Made by a program: the position numbers and the translations under genes. From Takakia lepidozioides (lineage: Eukaryota; Plantae; Bryophyta), in assembly GCA_030704615.1 (NCBI GenBank), contig CM060731.1, positions 54,932,001 to 54,996,000 of the forward strand: DNA of 64,000 nucleotides, written 5' to 3'. Positions 1-13,110 of the stretch are shown here, one piece after another. The notes below the pieces were generated by a model. The model did not search any database. It saw only the letters and a list, made by a program, of their open reading frames with translations, and was not told where the DNA came from. Numbering within the stretch: position 1 is the first letter of the stretch; every line of letters starts with the position of its first letter.

Positions 1-27
1 TGGAAGCTCTTTCGCACATTGCCTTCG

Positions 28-2118
28 TCAAACAAACATCCTCCAATCATAAGTTGATGTTTTGGTTGGGTTTGAAATGACGTCAGTGTCGTGTCTCTGC
101 AGCATGGGCTTCCCATCAGATAAGTCCACACAGACTCCTGGCCTGCCCAGTCGAAGTCAATGAATTTGACGTCAAAACCCTTTCCATGAGGCCTCACCAT
201 GATATTCACGTCACGCACATCCCCGTGGACGGACCCCGGATTGGTTGAATCGAGCAAAGGTAACCTCTGAACCCTTGTCAGTGCCTCTCTGGCCGCCGAA
301 CGAGCTCTTTCCTTCTCACTAGCGTCAAGCGTTATGAGCATCTCCCACGGAGGCCCTAAGTATTCCATTGCAACCATTTTATAGCCCCCCGCCAACTCCT
401 GTACATCCACTAGTACTTCCAGTGCAAAGCCCACGTTGTGCCAAGCTTTGTGCACCTAGAAAAAGCAGATGCAAGCAAAACCAAATCAGACCAAGTGAGA
501 AAGCCTTAATACACAACCAAGAATCGATTGGAAAATCATTTCACACGATGTAAGTAACACATGCTAGCTCTGTCGATCAATCAATGAATTTAAGGTAAAC
601 CCCACACCACCAAACCATCACGTAGCGTGTCATATCTTTCAAGATCAGGGTAACAACTAGCAAAGCCAAGTAAGATTCTTACACACCTCCTTGCCATATC
701 TTCTACAGAATTTGATAACCAGCTTTCGATTATTATCGTCCTCAGCCAGAAATTCGAGCTTCTCGTCGTGTTTCCTGAGTGGCTCCTTGAAAGTAAACTT
801 TGGATTCCACCAAACTGGGTACGGCACCTCCTTACTTCCCAACCATTCCTGCCGTGCAGATGTCCTACCTGCTTCCTCAATCTGTGCGTAGAATAATGCC
901 AAACTGTCTATGCCCAGCTTCAAGGCCCTGAAAATATTGGGCAAGCTTTCATTTCTGTAGGACAAATTGACCAAATCTGTGAGCATACTGGTATGCACTC
1001 GGTCGAAGTAGGCCATCGCACTGATTCTCAATGAGGACCTTGAATTTCTACTAGGAACGCCGGGCAATTGCATGCTGCGAAAGCTTTCTTAGCCGACTCC
1101 GTGCTGCTCGATTGAGCATAACCACAGAATCGGGCGTAGTAATTCTGGCCCTGGAAAAATTTGTCAGACCCTGTTGAGCCTGTTGAACCCAGCTCATTCG
1201 CCACATCTAGTATTGCATAAACTGGAAAGCCCGTGCCACTGCCAATGCACCCATCCACTTCACATCTATCTTTCTTCCGGCTAACAACTTTCCCGCTCAA
1301 GTATGGTGTCAACAACGCTGTAATTGCGATCTGACGCTCATGCTCGTCCGAGTAAAACTCGGAGCTCGTATTGCAGAACTCTTTCACAAACGCATAATCC
1401 TCTCTTGTTGGCAAGGATGCATCACGCAAATTGTCCACGAAAGTTCCGAAAACGGGATGCGTCAAAGGCGCTTCAAGAAGACTTACAGCATCAGCAGGAC
1501 GACTACATCGATAGAGGGGACCCTCCTCAGGATCGTCATAATCACATGCTTTGGAGTCATCGATGAGGGAGCAAATTTCTGATACCTCTTTGTCGAGTCA
1601 GATTTCTTTGGTGTCTTATTTGAGTCCAAAGCTACAACGGGAGGCCGGCAAATGACTCGAACGGGAGACGTCCTATTTGACTCTCCAAGGTGCTGCAAGA
1701 AATCCTCGTAATCTGCGATGTGTTGCTCAAGGTATTGGAAACGAAACCCTAAACCAGGAACATGGTCCAATTCTCCACATTCTTGTTTCAAAAGAAGTCC
1801 AACACCAATCAGATCTTCACAGTTCATCAGAAACCTGGAAGGTAGCTTAAACGACTGCCAAACAACCTCAACTGTGCCGTCGGCGTGTTTGTGACATATC
1901 TCCAAGTACCCTTCCTGGAAGAACAAACACAAAACCTTGTCACTTCCTTGTCAAGAACCTAACACATGCGAGTGAAAGCAAATTTACCAATAGACTAGAA
2001 CACATACCGGGATAGCGGAAGGAGCCACTGCCCCGTCTTCTTCTCTGGTTCGTTTGGCAACAGTAGTATTCTCTGCATCAGAATCCTTGCTCTTCCTCTT
2101 CGGGCCTGACTTCTTTAT
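28..2118 (-). pseudogene. Crinkler (CRN)-like / fungal-type protein: restriction-endonuclease-like domain plus protein kinase, spliced and disrupted
   Basis: Motifs THPVFGTF, ANELGSTG..DKFFQGQNYY, PAFLVEIQGP, LVIKFCRRYGKE|VHKAW, KMVAMEY, VHGDVRDVNIMV, VKFIDFDWAG. GT-AG introns at about 2007-1915 and 686-457. Frameshifts near 1550 and 1030, a deletion near 130, and the start codon appears as ATA. Confidence 0.75.
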
Positions 2119-3111
2119 GCTTCCAAAATCTCCCCACGGGCCACAATTACGTCAAAGCTTAAAGCTTTGCTTAAGTATAGAGTTAAAAGCGGGGCACTCC
2201 AACATACAAACCGACAAACCGACCACATCCAGGCTAGCCCACAGTTGCAAAAACTTAACAATCCAATAATCCAAAGCAGCTTCCAACGCACAACAATCTC
2301 GTCCTGCTTTAGTGCACCACAAGTGTCAATCAAGCGTGAGTCTCCGCCGTCCTACACAACCTCCCGAGTCCCGACCCGAGCACAGCCAGCTCTCCCAAAC
2401 TTCGCTCCAAACGCTCTCGCCAAGTAACGTAACCACACACAAAACAATCTGAAGAAAACCCAAAACGTAAAAGATAGAAGGATGCCAGACCACTTCTAGA
2501 CTTGAGTGCAAGAACGAGTTGCATATAGCAATAAAAGATTTAATAGTTTATCTTTATATTTTAATCATTTTTTAAGTATTTTTAGTATTCATCTTTTTAG
2601 TTCTAGCGACGATTGAAGGTCGGAAGCTAGTTTAGCGTAGAGCAGGAATAGGGTGCCATAGTGCCACATTTCGTCGTCAAATTCTTTAAATCTGCCCGGT
2701 TTGCCCGCCCAAAATAAGCCAATAGAAATTGCCACGACAACTTTTCAGGAACTGCCCGAAATGCCCGGATCTTGATCATCTTGATCTGCGTTTTCCGCCA
2801 TCATTCACCTTGCAAGGCTGCAAGTTCTCAACGAATTGAGGAAATCCATGCTAAGCTGAAGACTTGCTGAAGAGATTGTCTTGGCAGATGAAGGATGGGG
2901 GAAGGGTGTGGCTTTTTCTTAATGTACGATCTGAAGAAGTTTGTCCATCCTGCAAAGGTGGGCTCTTGGCTCCTGTTAGTACCATGATTTGGTATTCCTC
3001 CTGATGTTTGCAAGGTTCTTGGAAGGGTTCTCACGGATCAATCCGACATTACCTGACTACACACACAAACAACACACACAAGAGGTCCTTTTGGGTTGAT
3101 GGTCGGTCAAA

Positions 3112-3313
3112 TCCTCCATGGGTCATGACACAAGGTCAAGGACAGTCTGGTGAGGACACCTTTTTCTTCGACCTATTTCAGAATGTTTTGCCCTCTCATC
3201 AGACTCGGCCCTATCCTCCATGGATCATGACACAAGGTCAAGGACAATCTGGTGAGGGCACCTTCTTCTTCGACCTATGTCAGCCTGTTTTGCCCTCTCA
3301 TCAGACTCGGTCC
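3112..3313 (+). repeat. Two-copy tandem repeat, unit about 102 bp
   Basis: tcctccatgg.tcatgacacaaggtcaaggaca.tctggtgagg.cacc...tgttttgccctctcatcagactcgg occurs twice head to tail. Confidence 0.9.
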
Positions 3314-3579
3314 TGAGATGCATATTGAATTTTGTAAGTTAACTCGTTGGGTGGATCTATGGTGGTTTGGAGTGACTTTGACAAGTTATTGCCAATGTGG
3401 CAACATTCTAAACCCTAAAAATAGATAACAGAGATGAGGATAAGCTTTGGAATGAACTTTTCCGACCCCAGTCAATGGTGGGATTATGGAGACAAAAAGG
3501 TGAATGCTTGTTGGACTACATAGAGAAGCAAATGCAATTTAGGATTGATAGATCATAGAACAAGGCACTGCTAATGAAG

Positions 3580-5310
3580 GCACAACAGGGGCGTGGGATG
3601 GAGGACTGGGAGACCTATGAGCAAATGATGGGGGAAGGTGTGCATTGAGGATGCAGATGGAGTATTTGCGTGGGTAGATGGTCAACTGGAAACAGCAGCG
3701 GCAACAGCACAATTGATAGAACAAGGATTGCTAATGAAGGCACCTTCTTCAACACATTTCACCTTGTTTTTCTCTCTAGAATCGGCCCTGAATTTCCATG
3801 TTGAATTATGCAAGTTAGCTGGTTGAGTGAATCTAGTTTGGAGTGACTTTGACATGATACTGCCAATGTGACAGTAAAGTATCAAAAAATAGGTAACAGT
3901 GTGGATAGGAACTAGTGTGATTGGGTGTTTCCTAGGCTGTCATTGTCAGCTGCTAGCAGCAAGGACAAAGATGAATGCATGATTTGTGCAAAGGCATGGA
4001 TAGCTGAAGGAGAAGGGTTAGAGTGTGGGTCCAGATTCATCCAAGAGGACCAAATTTCATGCACAAGATTACGTATGATTCCCTGTGGATCAATAGCTAC
4101 AAGAAACGTGCATGCGTAGATGGTCAACTAAAGGCAGCAACTGCAGCGGCACAGTTGATAAAATCAGGCACCTCAACCATGACCACAGCTTCTGAAAGGG
4201 GATCAAGAGAGGGAGTCCACAATGCCTCTTCTGGCACTTCTGGGCATGTGAAGATACTTTGTGTGGCTGACTGACTGACAAAGGCTCTACAGACTTTAAA
4301 CCCAAGGCGACATTTCAGCAGATTCAGATGCGTATGTCTGTCTCTTGCTTAAGTGCATCAAGATGGAAGTCTGGAAGCTGGAAAGCAGGTGCACACTCAC
4401 ATTATCCAAAGTGGATTCACAACAAATGTTTTTCTACCCAACACCTTTGTCAACATGTATGTTAAGTGCGGGAGCATCATGGATGCTCACCAAGTGTTCA
4501 ACAGAATGCCTCGACGATCTTTGATCACATGGTAATGTTGGCAGGATTTACCAAGCATGGGTGTGGTAGAAATGTTTTGGAGACCTATGAGCAAATGTTG
4601 GGCGAAGGGGTGAAGCCCAACCACATCACATTTGTTTGTGTTTGCAATGTGTATGCAAGCCTGGGAGCTCTGGAAAAGGGGAAAGAAGTCCATGGTGACA
4701 TCGTCAAAGCTGGAATTGTACCAGATGTCATTCTGAACACTGCCCTGGTGGACAAGTATGCCAAATGTGGGTGCATTAAGGATGCGAAGGGAGTTTTCAA
4801 CACTATGGCTGAATGAGTTGTGGTGTCATGGAAGACGTGGTATGAAGGCTTGGAGACCTATGATCAAATGATGGGGGAAGGGGTGAAGCCCGACCACATC
4901 ACATTTATGTGCATTTGCGATATGTGTGCAAGCCTGGCAGCTCTGGAAAAGGGCGAAGCATGGCGACATTGTCAGAGCTACAATTGTACCAAGTATCATT
5001 CTGAACAATACCCCCTGGACATGTATGAACGGAGTTTTCGACAGTATGGCTGAATGAGATGTGGTGTCGTGGAGGGCGATGATTGTAGGATATGCACAGC
5101 AAAGGCACGGGATAGAGGCTTCAGAGACCTATGAGCAAATGATGGGGGAAGGGGTGAAGCCCGACCACATAACGTTTGCTTGCATTTGCAGTGCGTGTGC
5201 AAGCCTGGCAGCTCTGGAAAGGTGCAAAGTGGTCCACCATCGTCACATCTGGAATTGTACCCGATGTCATTTTGAACATTGCCCTGCTGGACATGTATGT
5301 CAAATGTGAG
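3580..5310 (+). pseudogene. PLS-class pentatricopeptide repeat (PPR) gene remnants
   Basis: Repeated VVSW..MI.GYAQ.G.G.EA.ETY.QM.GEGVKPDHITF, GKEVH..I...G...DV...TALVD.YAKCG.I.DA..VF motifs; many stops and frameshifts, e.g. CGA>TGA at the RDVVSW position. Confidence 0.9.
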
Positions 5311-5485
5311 TGCATTGAGTGCTGCGGGAAGGAAAACAAATAGGAAACACCCCCATGATACACTAGCTGTAGGTCATGACTGATTGTTCTGAGCGGGCTG
5401 AGTACTTAGAGATTTCCAACTCTTCTATCTTGGAGTTTCCGCCTCGGATAGCGAAGGGATGGGTGAGTAAAAGCTGCGTGACATT

Positions 5486-5503
5486 TGGCGACCATACTGG
5501 GGA
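5486..5503 (+). promoter_or_regulatory. Primer binding site, probably tRNA-Arg type
   Basis: TGGCGACCATACTGGGGA 2 nt after the LTR terminal CA; resembles Tat/Ogre-type PBS. Confidence 0.7.
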
Positions 5504-6369
5504 ACTGAGTCATGAACAACCAGATATGACAGGCATCTGGTGGGATCATGGTGGTTGGAGGATTAAAGAATTTGAAGTGAATCAAATTCCCTGTGGAACG
5601 AAGGAAGAAAGATTGTCCAAACAATTCTTTCAAAGGTTCTTGGAATTGCCAGACGGTTGTAAAGAAAATATTCTTAAGCGAGTGCATGATGCTGATCCGG
5701 AATTGGGTCTGGAGAAGGGAGTGATAAAGATTTATCAGGTGGCCTGTAGAGGAAGAGCACGTTGGTTACCAACATTGGTATATGTGATAGCATTGCTATC
5801 CATTAAGCGAGTAGAGTTTGAAGGCTGGGAGGAAAGAAAAGTGAATGTTTATACTCATATGCATGAAGAGCTTGTACTGGTAAAGAATTGGATTCCAAAG
5901 GATATTTGTGGATCAAACTCACACCAAGAACAGCTTTCCAGACTTGTTTGCCATATGGTTATATGGTAACAGAGACTTCAAGTATAGCCAAGGGTGCATT
6001 GAAGCTTGAAAGAAACCCAGGCATATACGAGAGATATTACAGAAGAGAGTTTTGGTTATTGCCACATTAAAAAGAAATGAAAGACATGGGACATGAGTGA
6101 TGAAAGAGAAGCTAGACGCCAGAGATATTCAGCAAAAAGAGAAAGCTATCTGAAAGCTAATTATCCATATCTTTGGGAGAGAGGAATAGACATAGGGGAA
6201 TCATTTGGACCTCTCACACCATTAGATCAAAGAGTACATCACCCATACCGGAAGAACTAGAGTTGGATGCCACTCCTTCTGTTTCTTTGCAAGAAAGATT
6301 AAGGGAATTGGTACGGGAAGAAGATCAATCACGAGGTGAAAGATCTGAGGTACCCCCGGGATAAAAGAT

Positions 6370-8162
6370 TTGACAGAAATCTTTGATAAGAGTTGGCATG
6401 GAACACCAAAAGCAGGAACTCCAGTTTCTGAAGCAGAAGGTGAAGGAGGAGGAGAGGATGTGGCAGAGCCAACGGAGAGTTCAGACTCTCCAACACCATT
6501 GCAGCTGAGTTACATGAGTGAAGAAGAAACCCAAGGACAGAACTTGGAGGATGAAAACAGAGAGAAGAAATTGGAAGAGGAAGAGTATGAAGAAGTAGAC
6601 CCAACAGCTGAGGTTGAGACTACAACCAGGACATCCCAACCCGTTGGACCTGGATCAAGTGGAGCACTTGGATCACAAGCCAACGAAGGTGTCGGCTCAG
6701 GGGGATCAGGCGGGCGGCCTGGATCTGGCTTTGGGGGGACAGGGAGTGTGGGAAGTAGTGCAACTGAAGCTGGGAATACTGTGAATATCGTGGGGCCAGT
6801 AGCAGGGAGTGCTCAAGGGCCACCACTTGGTGGAAGATCCACCACAAAAACAACAGGTCCAGAAGGACCAGCACCAGCAAGGGTGCCAGCACCTATCAGT
6901 GGGCAGAAGGTAGGGCCACAGATGGCATTACAACCAACACGGGCAAAACCACCTTTTCCAATATATTCAGGAAAAGGGGATCCCGATGTACACATTAGCC
7001 AATTTGAGCACATGTGTATAGTGAACAATGAGAATGGCGATGATGCCAAGATGAGATTGTTTCCTTGTTCACTTATAAAGAAAGCAAGTGAATGGTATGC
7101 AAGATTTCCCGATAATCATTTCCTAACCTGGAATGGCTTGAATACAGCCTTCCGAAATAGGTTCAGGACAAGTAAAACTGAGGATGAAGTGTATGGAAGT
7201 TTACAACAGTTAAAGCAAAAGAAGCATGAAACTGTTGAGGAGTATATGGAAAAGATGGAATTGATGATGAAAAAGCTGGCTGCAGTACCAGCACCAGGTT
7301 TACAGAAGACTTGGTTTGTGAGTGGATTAAGACCAGAGTTGCAAAAGAAAGTGGATATGTTATCCCATAATACAGTGGAGGAGGCATTTGAAACTGCAAA
7401 CAGAATTGAGCAATTGGGAATGCTCAAGATAGAGAAAAGGGATGACGAAGACTCTGAGGATGAGTCAGATGAAGAAGAAGAGCAAGAACTGAAAAGGAAG
7501 AGTAAGAGAAAGGAGAAGTTGAAGAGGGATAACTATGAGAAAAGATTGGAAGAAATCTTGAAGAAGTATGCCACAGAGGCTGCAACACATTGGAGGAAGG
7601 GTGTATGGTGTGCAAAGTGCCAGAATGAAGGCCATACCACCACTGAATGCCACATGAAGGAGAAACACTGTACTATCTGTAAAATGGATAACCATTCTAC
7701 TGAGAATTGTTACTACAACAGAAGGACAGCTGCAAGAGACCTAGGCAAGTAAGGGTGCATCAGGTGTAGCCCCAGCCAAGAAGAAACAATGATCAGGACC
7801 ACTATGGTAGGTCTGGTGGTTATAACAATGGCATGGAAGGGAGAGGTAATTCAAGAGGGAATTACCAAGGAAATTCCAGAGGCAACTATCAGGGTAATCC
7901 AAGGGGGAATTACCAGCCCGGGAATCAGGATTACAGAAATAATCCAAGAGCAGACCAAGGGCGAGGACCCAATGGTGAAGAACTATGTTACTATTGTAAT
8001 CAGCCAGGACATCGCAAGGCAGCCTGTTTATTCTGGATAAGACACCAGAATGAGATGAGAGCTCCTGTGAATGAGGGCCCAGTGGTGGCAGCTCACATGG
8101 TTAGGCCATGTGTTGTACCAGAAGTACGTACAATGATAGTAACCAGAAGCAAGCTAAATTAA
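6370..8162 (+). pseudogene. gag: Gypsy gag with three CCHC zinc knuckles, frameshifted
   Basis: YSGKGDPDVHISQFE, RLFPCSLIKKASEWY, LKQKKHETVEEY; knuckles CAKCQNEGHTTTEC, CTICKMDNHSTENC, CYYCNQPGHRKAAC. Confidence 0.9.
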
Positions 8163-8215
8163 TACCTCCGGTAGTTGAGGAAGATGATGATAATGAAGGT
8201 GGCAGTGATATACCT

Positions 8216-8400
8216 TGAGATGTGGTGTCATGGAACACGATGCTTGCAGGGTATCCACAACAGGGACGTGGTATGGAGGCTTTGGAGACCTATGATCAAA
8301 TGATGGGGGAAGGGGTGAAGCCCGACCACATCACGTTTCTGTGCATTTGCAATGCGTGTGCAAGCCTAGCAGCTCTGGAAAAGGGCAAAGAGGTCCATGG
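8216..8400 (+). pseudogene. PPR repeat fragment
   Basis: DVVSWNTMLAGYPQQGRGMEALETYDQMMGEGVKPDHITFLCICNACASLAALEKGKEVHG, nearly identical to the repeats at 4.5-5.3 kb. Confidence 0.9.
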
Positions 8401-8603
8401 CCTGCTTGGCCCACCACCCCCCTGGCAAAAAAAGGCACGTTCCTCCTGCCCATGAACTGCGGTGTAGACGTCCCTCCTGCAGTAAGAACAAATCCACTTT
8501 AAGAATGTCAATACCAGCAGAAGCAAAAAAGGGTCTTTCAATGAAATTAGAGAGCGAAGGGAGGTGCCTCACGAAATTAGGAGGCAACTTACAATGCAAC
8601 CAC

Positions 8604-11600
8604 TCACTCGTAAACCGGGGGCTCCTCGGCCTCGATCCCAACTTGTACCTCCCCCTGCTCCTTCTCGGATTCTTCCTCATCCTCCGAGGATGCCTCTTCC
8701 TCATTCGGCAGACGTTCAGCCGCTGCAAGTTCGGAGTTGTGGAGGGCAGTATCTGGCTCAAAGGCGAAGACATGCCTGTCGGACAACGTCCCTGCCCACA
8801 TTGAAGCACCTCAGGGACAAAGCGGGCGGTTAGTAGCATGCGGCATGCAATTGCAATCGGGCCAGGGGACAAAATGTGCACGTGAAGGCTTACCCGTGCC
8901 GCATGTGAGGTCAAGAATCCGCCCTTGGACATCCGAGCACGTCTCCATGAGGGTTTGGATGAGAGCAGGGCTCCGGGTCCGGCTGTACCGCCACGGTTTG
9001 CCTGTCTTTGTGTCCTTCGGCATACTGGAGTGGGGCACATAGTTGTAGAGGACATTGTAGGTAACAGGGTCCACAGCGGCATCAACAAGACGACCGTCGT
9101 TGCGGAATTTGAACGTAGACCCTCTCTTCACAAAACAATATGCCTCAAACGCCAATGTCTGCACATCCAACAAAAGAGGGATCAACTCCAGGGTCTAGTT
9201 CAGATACACCACAATATGAAGTGAATGCAATAGATTGATAACTTGGCTACTGCCTTCCAGCTGAAAGGTGGATACCTTCATGACACACCAGACCGTGGTT
9301 TGAACCCACAACCACATCCAATGTGGTGTTGCCCATTACCACTGGGCTACATGCTGGTTGTCTATCCACAAGGATCATGTTGATGGAGGCTTTCACCGCC
9401 TTGCCCCCAACTGTGCTCTTTTTGCCGTGGCTCATCGCCACAAAATACTCCATCATCTTTGTGTAGCCGGGAGTGTCCTCCATATCATTGCCAGTGGCCT
9501 TCCTCTTCCCCTTCCCCTGGTGGGCCTCGATCGTCTTCCTCAATCTCATTTTCTCCAGCCTTCTGGTTAGAGCAGTTAGGAAATTTTCATTAACACACTC
9601 CACAATTGTGGGTGTTTTGAGGACTTCCCTGCCCGCAATGTGCACCGCACGGTAGGGTCTGCCAGGGACATCCTCGTATAGTGATCTCTTCGTAGCTGAA
9701 CCCCCGGAGCGCTGGCCCTTGTGAATTTTCGGACGAGGTGTGGCCCCCTGGGTGTTATCCTGCTGGAAATTGTCGTCGGAATCCTCGTCATCTGGCTGAC
9801 TATGTTGCTGCTTCTTCTTCTTGGGTGTGGGGCTCCTTGTCTCTTGCCCCTGTTTGCGCATTCTTTTCTTCCTGTCCTTGGGCTGCTCAGCTGCCTGCTT
9901 CTCCATCTACTCCTTCGCCAACGCTGCCGCCTTGGCTAACTTTCTGAGTGCTTTATGCTTTGCTGCCTCCTCTGCTTTCAGTCTTTCTGCGTCCTCTGGT
10001 TGGGGATCCGATTGCACCTTCATAGCCCGGGCATTAGCTTCCTTCTTCAAGTTAACCTCCGAGAGGTCAACGGTCCCATGGGAGATCCACATACCAGGGA
10101 CAGTCTACCAAATGCTCGACATGCCACTCCTTCGCCATTACTTTTGTGTACATCGTACCACGACCTCCAGGTGTCTTCCACGCCAGGAAGAATGGTGGAA
10201 CCCTTTGAATGGCTCCGGACGGAATGAGAGCAAAATTTATGTACCTGCAATCACGAGCTAGTTCAACAAAAATCATGCTACTGATGCATTATGCAAGAGG
10301 AAGTTCTCAATGCATAAGGTATTTCGGCACCGAAATACGCAGTGGACCGTGCCCCAATTACCTAGCACTCACATCTTGCAGAGGTATATTTCGGCGCCGC
10401 AATACCCACCGCTGTTTACCTAAATCCTCAAAACTTCAAATAGGGGGATGCATTGGCAGCAGATTACCTGAACAGGACACGCATTGCCGCTTTGTCGGCA
10501 CCCTCCTGCTCTTCAATGTATACGTTGCGTCTTGCCTTTGCAATTTCTCTGAAAAAGAGGTTTGCGAAGCGCCCTCACCAGGACTGCACGTAGTTCTCCA
10601 TTGTCTCCGGTTTCGTCTAGTCGATCTGTAACTTGAAAGTGGTGGTGTTGCAATCCAATTGCTCCTGGGCGTGGGTCAATACTTGCAGCAGTGCAGGTTT
10701 CCAAAACATCCATGAATTTGAAATTGCGATGATGTCCAACACACAGAAGAGGAGGAAATTATACCTGATGCCACCAAGTCATCACATTGAGCCAGTCGTT
10801 CATTTTGTCGTCTGTTGGCTCGATGGGAAAGTGGTACAGCAGCTTCGTGTTTGTATGGCCATTCCAGATTCGTAGCCACCTCGTCTGCATGGCCTAACAA
10901 CGGTCAGACATAAGAACCACATCATGAGAATCGCGAGAAGACACAAAACAAGAACAAACACATGCTAACCTTCTCCGCCGGCTCAACATGGGACACTGCG
11001 ATGTGATGAAGTTTCTCCATGGACATTTCCGGTTTCATGGGTCTGGAGTAATGCTGTCCTATCTCCGCCAGGAACTCAGCACCAAGACCAGGGTCAGCGA
11101 TTGCAACTTGTTTCACAAGTTTGGACCTGTACTTGGTCCGTGATTGTCTCCCTGCCTGCACAATGTCACTCTCTATCGATGCGTCCGCCTTGTTGGGGGC
11201 ATCACTCTCAAAGAACTGCCTTTTGGCATAGGCCAAGTCATCCCTGATGTTTGTCTGCATTCCCATACCCAGCAGATACAGTCAGGCCACTAATCCCTGC
11301 AACAAATAGCATTAAATCGGGAAATTTGAGATGAACCTCACCGAATACAGGATCTCCACCATGGCATCCAGTGTTGGTCGGTACCAGGTGCGATCTGCTT
11401 TCGCAAGGGACTTCATGTACAGCTCGGGATCGAGGGATTTTTGGAAGTTCGTCAGCGGTGCTGTGCCCACTTCTTGCACTCTGTAGAGCGTATGTGCCAG
11501 ATGAGTTTCCACGAAGGCCCTCTCTGTAACCCTGCCATGGAGAAACAAACAAAGGAACAACATAAAAATATGATAAAAAAATAACCAGATTTCGGCACAA

Positions 11601-12441
11601 CAATCCATGACAGTCAAGAACAATGTCTATTTCGGCGCCGCAATAGGCAGTACACAAGGATGTAGTTGTATACTTACAGATTTATATCCGCCATGGCACC
11701 CTTCAGCAGTCCTCTGTCCCTGACGTCCACCTTCACAACAATGCAGTCCACCATGTAATGCCAATTGATATCTTGCGGATGCATTTCAACAATGTACTCT
11801 GTCCAGGCAAGCATCCTGTGGTTCCCGTCCCAAACGAAGAACATCTTCCCTGCAATGTGTGCGAATGTGGGATTAGTCTTCAGAGAGGCTTCAAACTCGG
11901 CATTTATAGTGTGTCAGTGGGGGCTCCAATTCTGAAACTCCTCTGCAGTGGGGCCCTTTGTGACACCCTGGTCATTCTCAATGGAAACGTAGAATGTTGC
12001 CGACCCCCGTCTGTACCCCTCTCTGAAGTTGTGCTTCAGTCGATCGATGTCCCCTGGTAGTGCTTGCCTTACAACTGGAAGGCTAACCATGCGACACAAA
12101 GGAACTTTGAGGTTCTCCGGATACACCATGGAGCCCAAAACGCGGCCTATGTTGCTATGAGTCTCTGCCAGCAACCTGTTTGCTGCTAAGTTCATGTCTC
12201 GTGCGCTCATGAGCATACCCGCCACCAATTTCTTACTTCTATCACCTCTCGCACTTCCCTCACCCCTCTCACCAGCCTGTCTATTGTCCTGGAGGTTTTG
12301 CTCCTCCGCTAGCTCCAGCAGGTTCTGATCTCCTGAGAAGTTGTCAAGTCGCACCACATTGTCGTCCTCTGCTTCTGTCAGCTCAATGGGCTGCCCTTCT
12401 GCAGATCCGAGTCCGACATCTCCAGCGGCTTCCACCGCATC
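8604..12441 (-). pseudogene. Multi-exon gene with N-terminal ParB/Srx-like domain and C-terminal beta-class N4/N6 DNA-methyltransferase-like domain
   Basis: MFFVWDGNHRMLAW at about 11805-11845 (DGxHR motif); spliced C-terminus reads RSPALIQTLMETCSDVQGRILDLTCGT|GASMWAGTLSDRHVFAFEPD (SAM-binding motif I region); GT-AG introns near 11678-11533, 11341-11297 and 8893-8810; frameshifts, e.g. at 11914; 5' end deleted. Confidence 0.7.
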
Positions 12442-13110
12442 AAGGAAAACAGGGAAACAGTTGTCCACGACTTATCCAGTGACGATGAAGACTGTATGGT
12501 CCTTCCATCGTATGTTTCGAAGTCATCCGTCACTAGGAGTGTTCAGATGTCGGCAGACAATGAGCACACACCCTTCGACTCAACTTCCGTCCGCTCAGTA
12601 ATCGACATATTGCGGAGAATAAAGACAGTGGGTTCCCGCTCTAGTGACCTTCTTAGGCTTGATTACGACAAAACTCCAATCCATTCTGTGGAAACTTTGC
12701 CTGAAGTTGTGGATGGGAATGCTATCTACGAGTTCCCTCTAGTGCCGGCAGGCGCAGGCCCAGACGACATGCTGGCAGGAATGAACAGGAAACATGACAG
12801 CCACCCTTGGTGTGTCACCAAAACTTCATCGTCCAACCTGGGTGATGGAGTTCGAGTGAGATATGTATTGTGTGCTGGGCATCTTAAATGTTTCTCGAGC
12901 ACATGTTACCACTACACGAGCAAAGGCACCCGGAATGAGACAGACTGGATTGGCAATTCGTCGACCCCATTTTGGCCTCAAGGTAGAGTTCCTGCTGGGA
13001 CGTTCAAGTGTGCCCATTGCAACGTAGCCCCTACGTGCATGGCAGTATGCAACGCCAAGCAGTACTACGTCGGGACCGTCGGCCCAACATGCACCAGAGC
13101 ATGCATTCAC
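12442..13110 (+). pseudogene. Cys/His-rich GCM-like zinc-binding ORF, probable N-terminal DNA-binding part of a transposase, truncated at both ends
   Basis: LPEVVDGNAIYEFP, HDSHPW..TKTS, CAGHLKC...C, NE.DW, CAHC....C...C.AK.Y, RACIHMG; breaks at the start of the duplicated unit. Confidence 0.55.

Larger units (their letters stand above)
5320..8215 (+). mobile_element. Non-chromovirus Gypsy LTR retrotransposon, 5' fragment (LTR end, PBS, upstream ORF, gag)
   Basis: LTR ends ...GCTGCGTGACA at 5483 and matches 42740-42862; PBS TGGCGACCATACTGGGGA follows; gag downstream; PPR sequence resumes at 8216. Confidence 0.85.
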
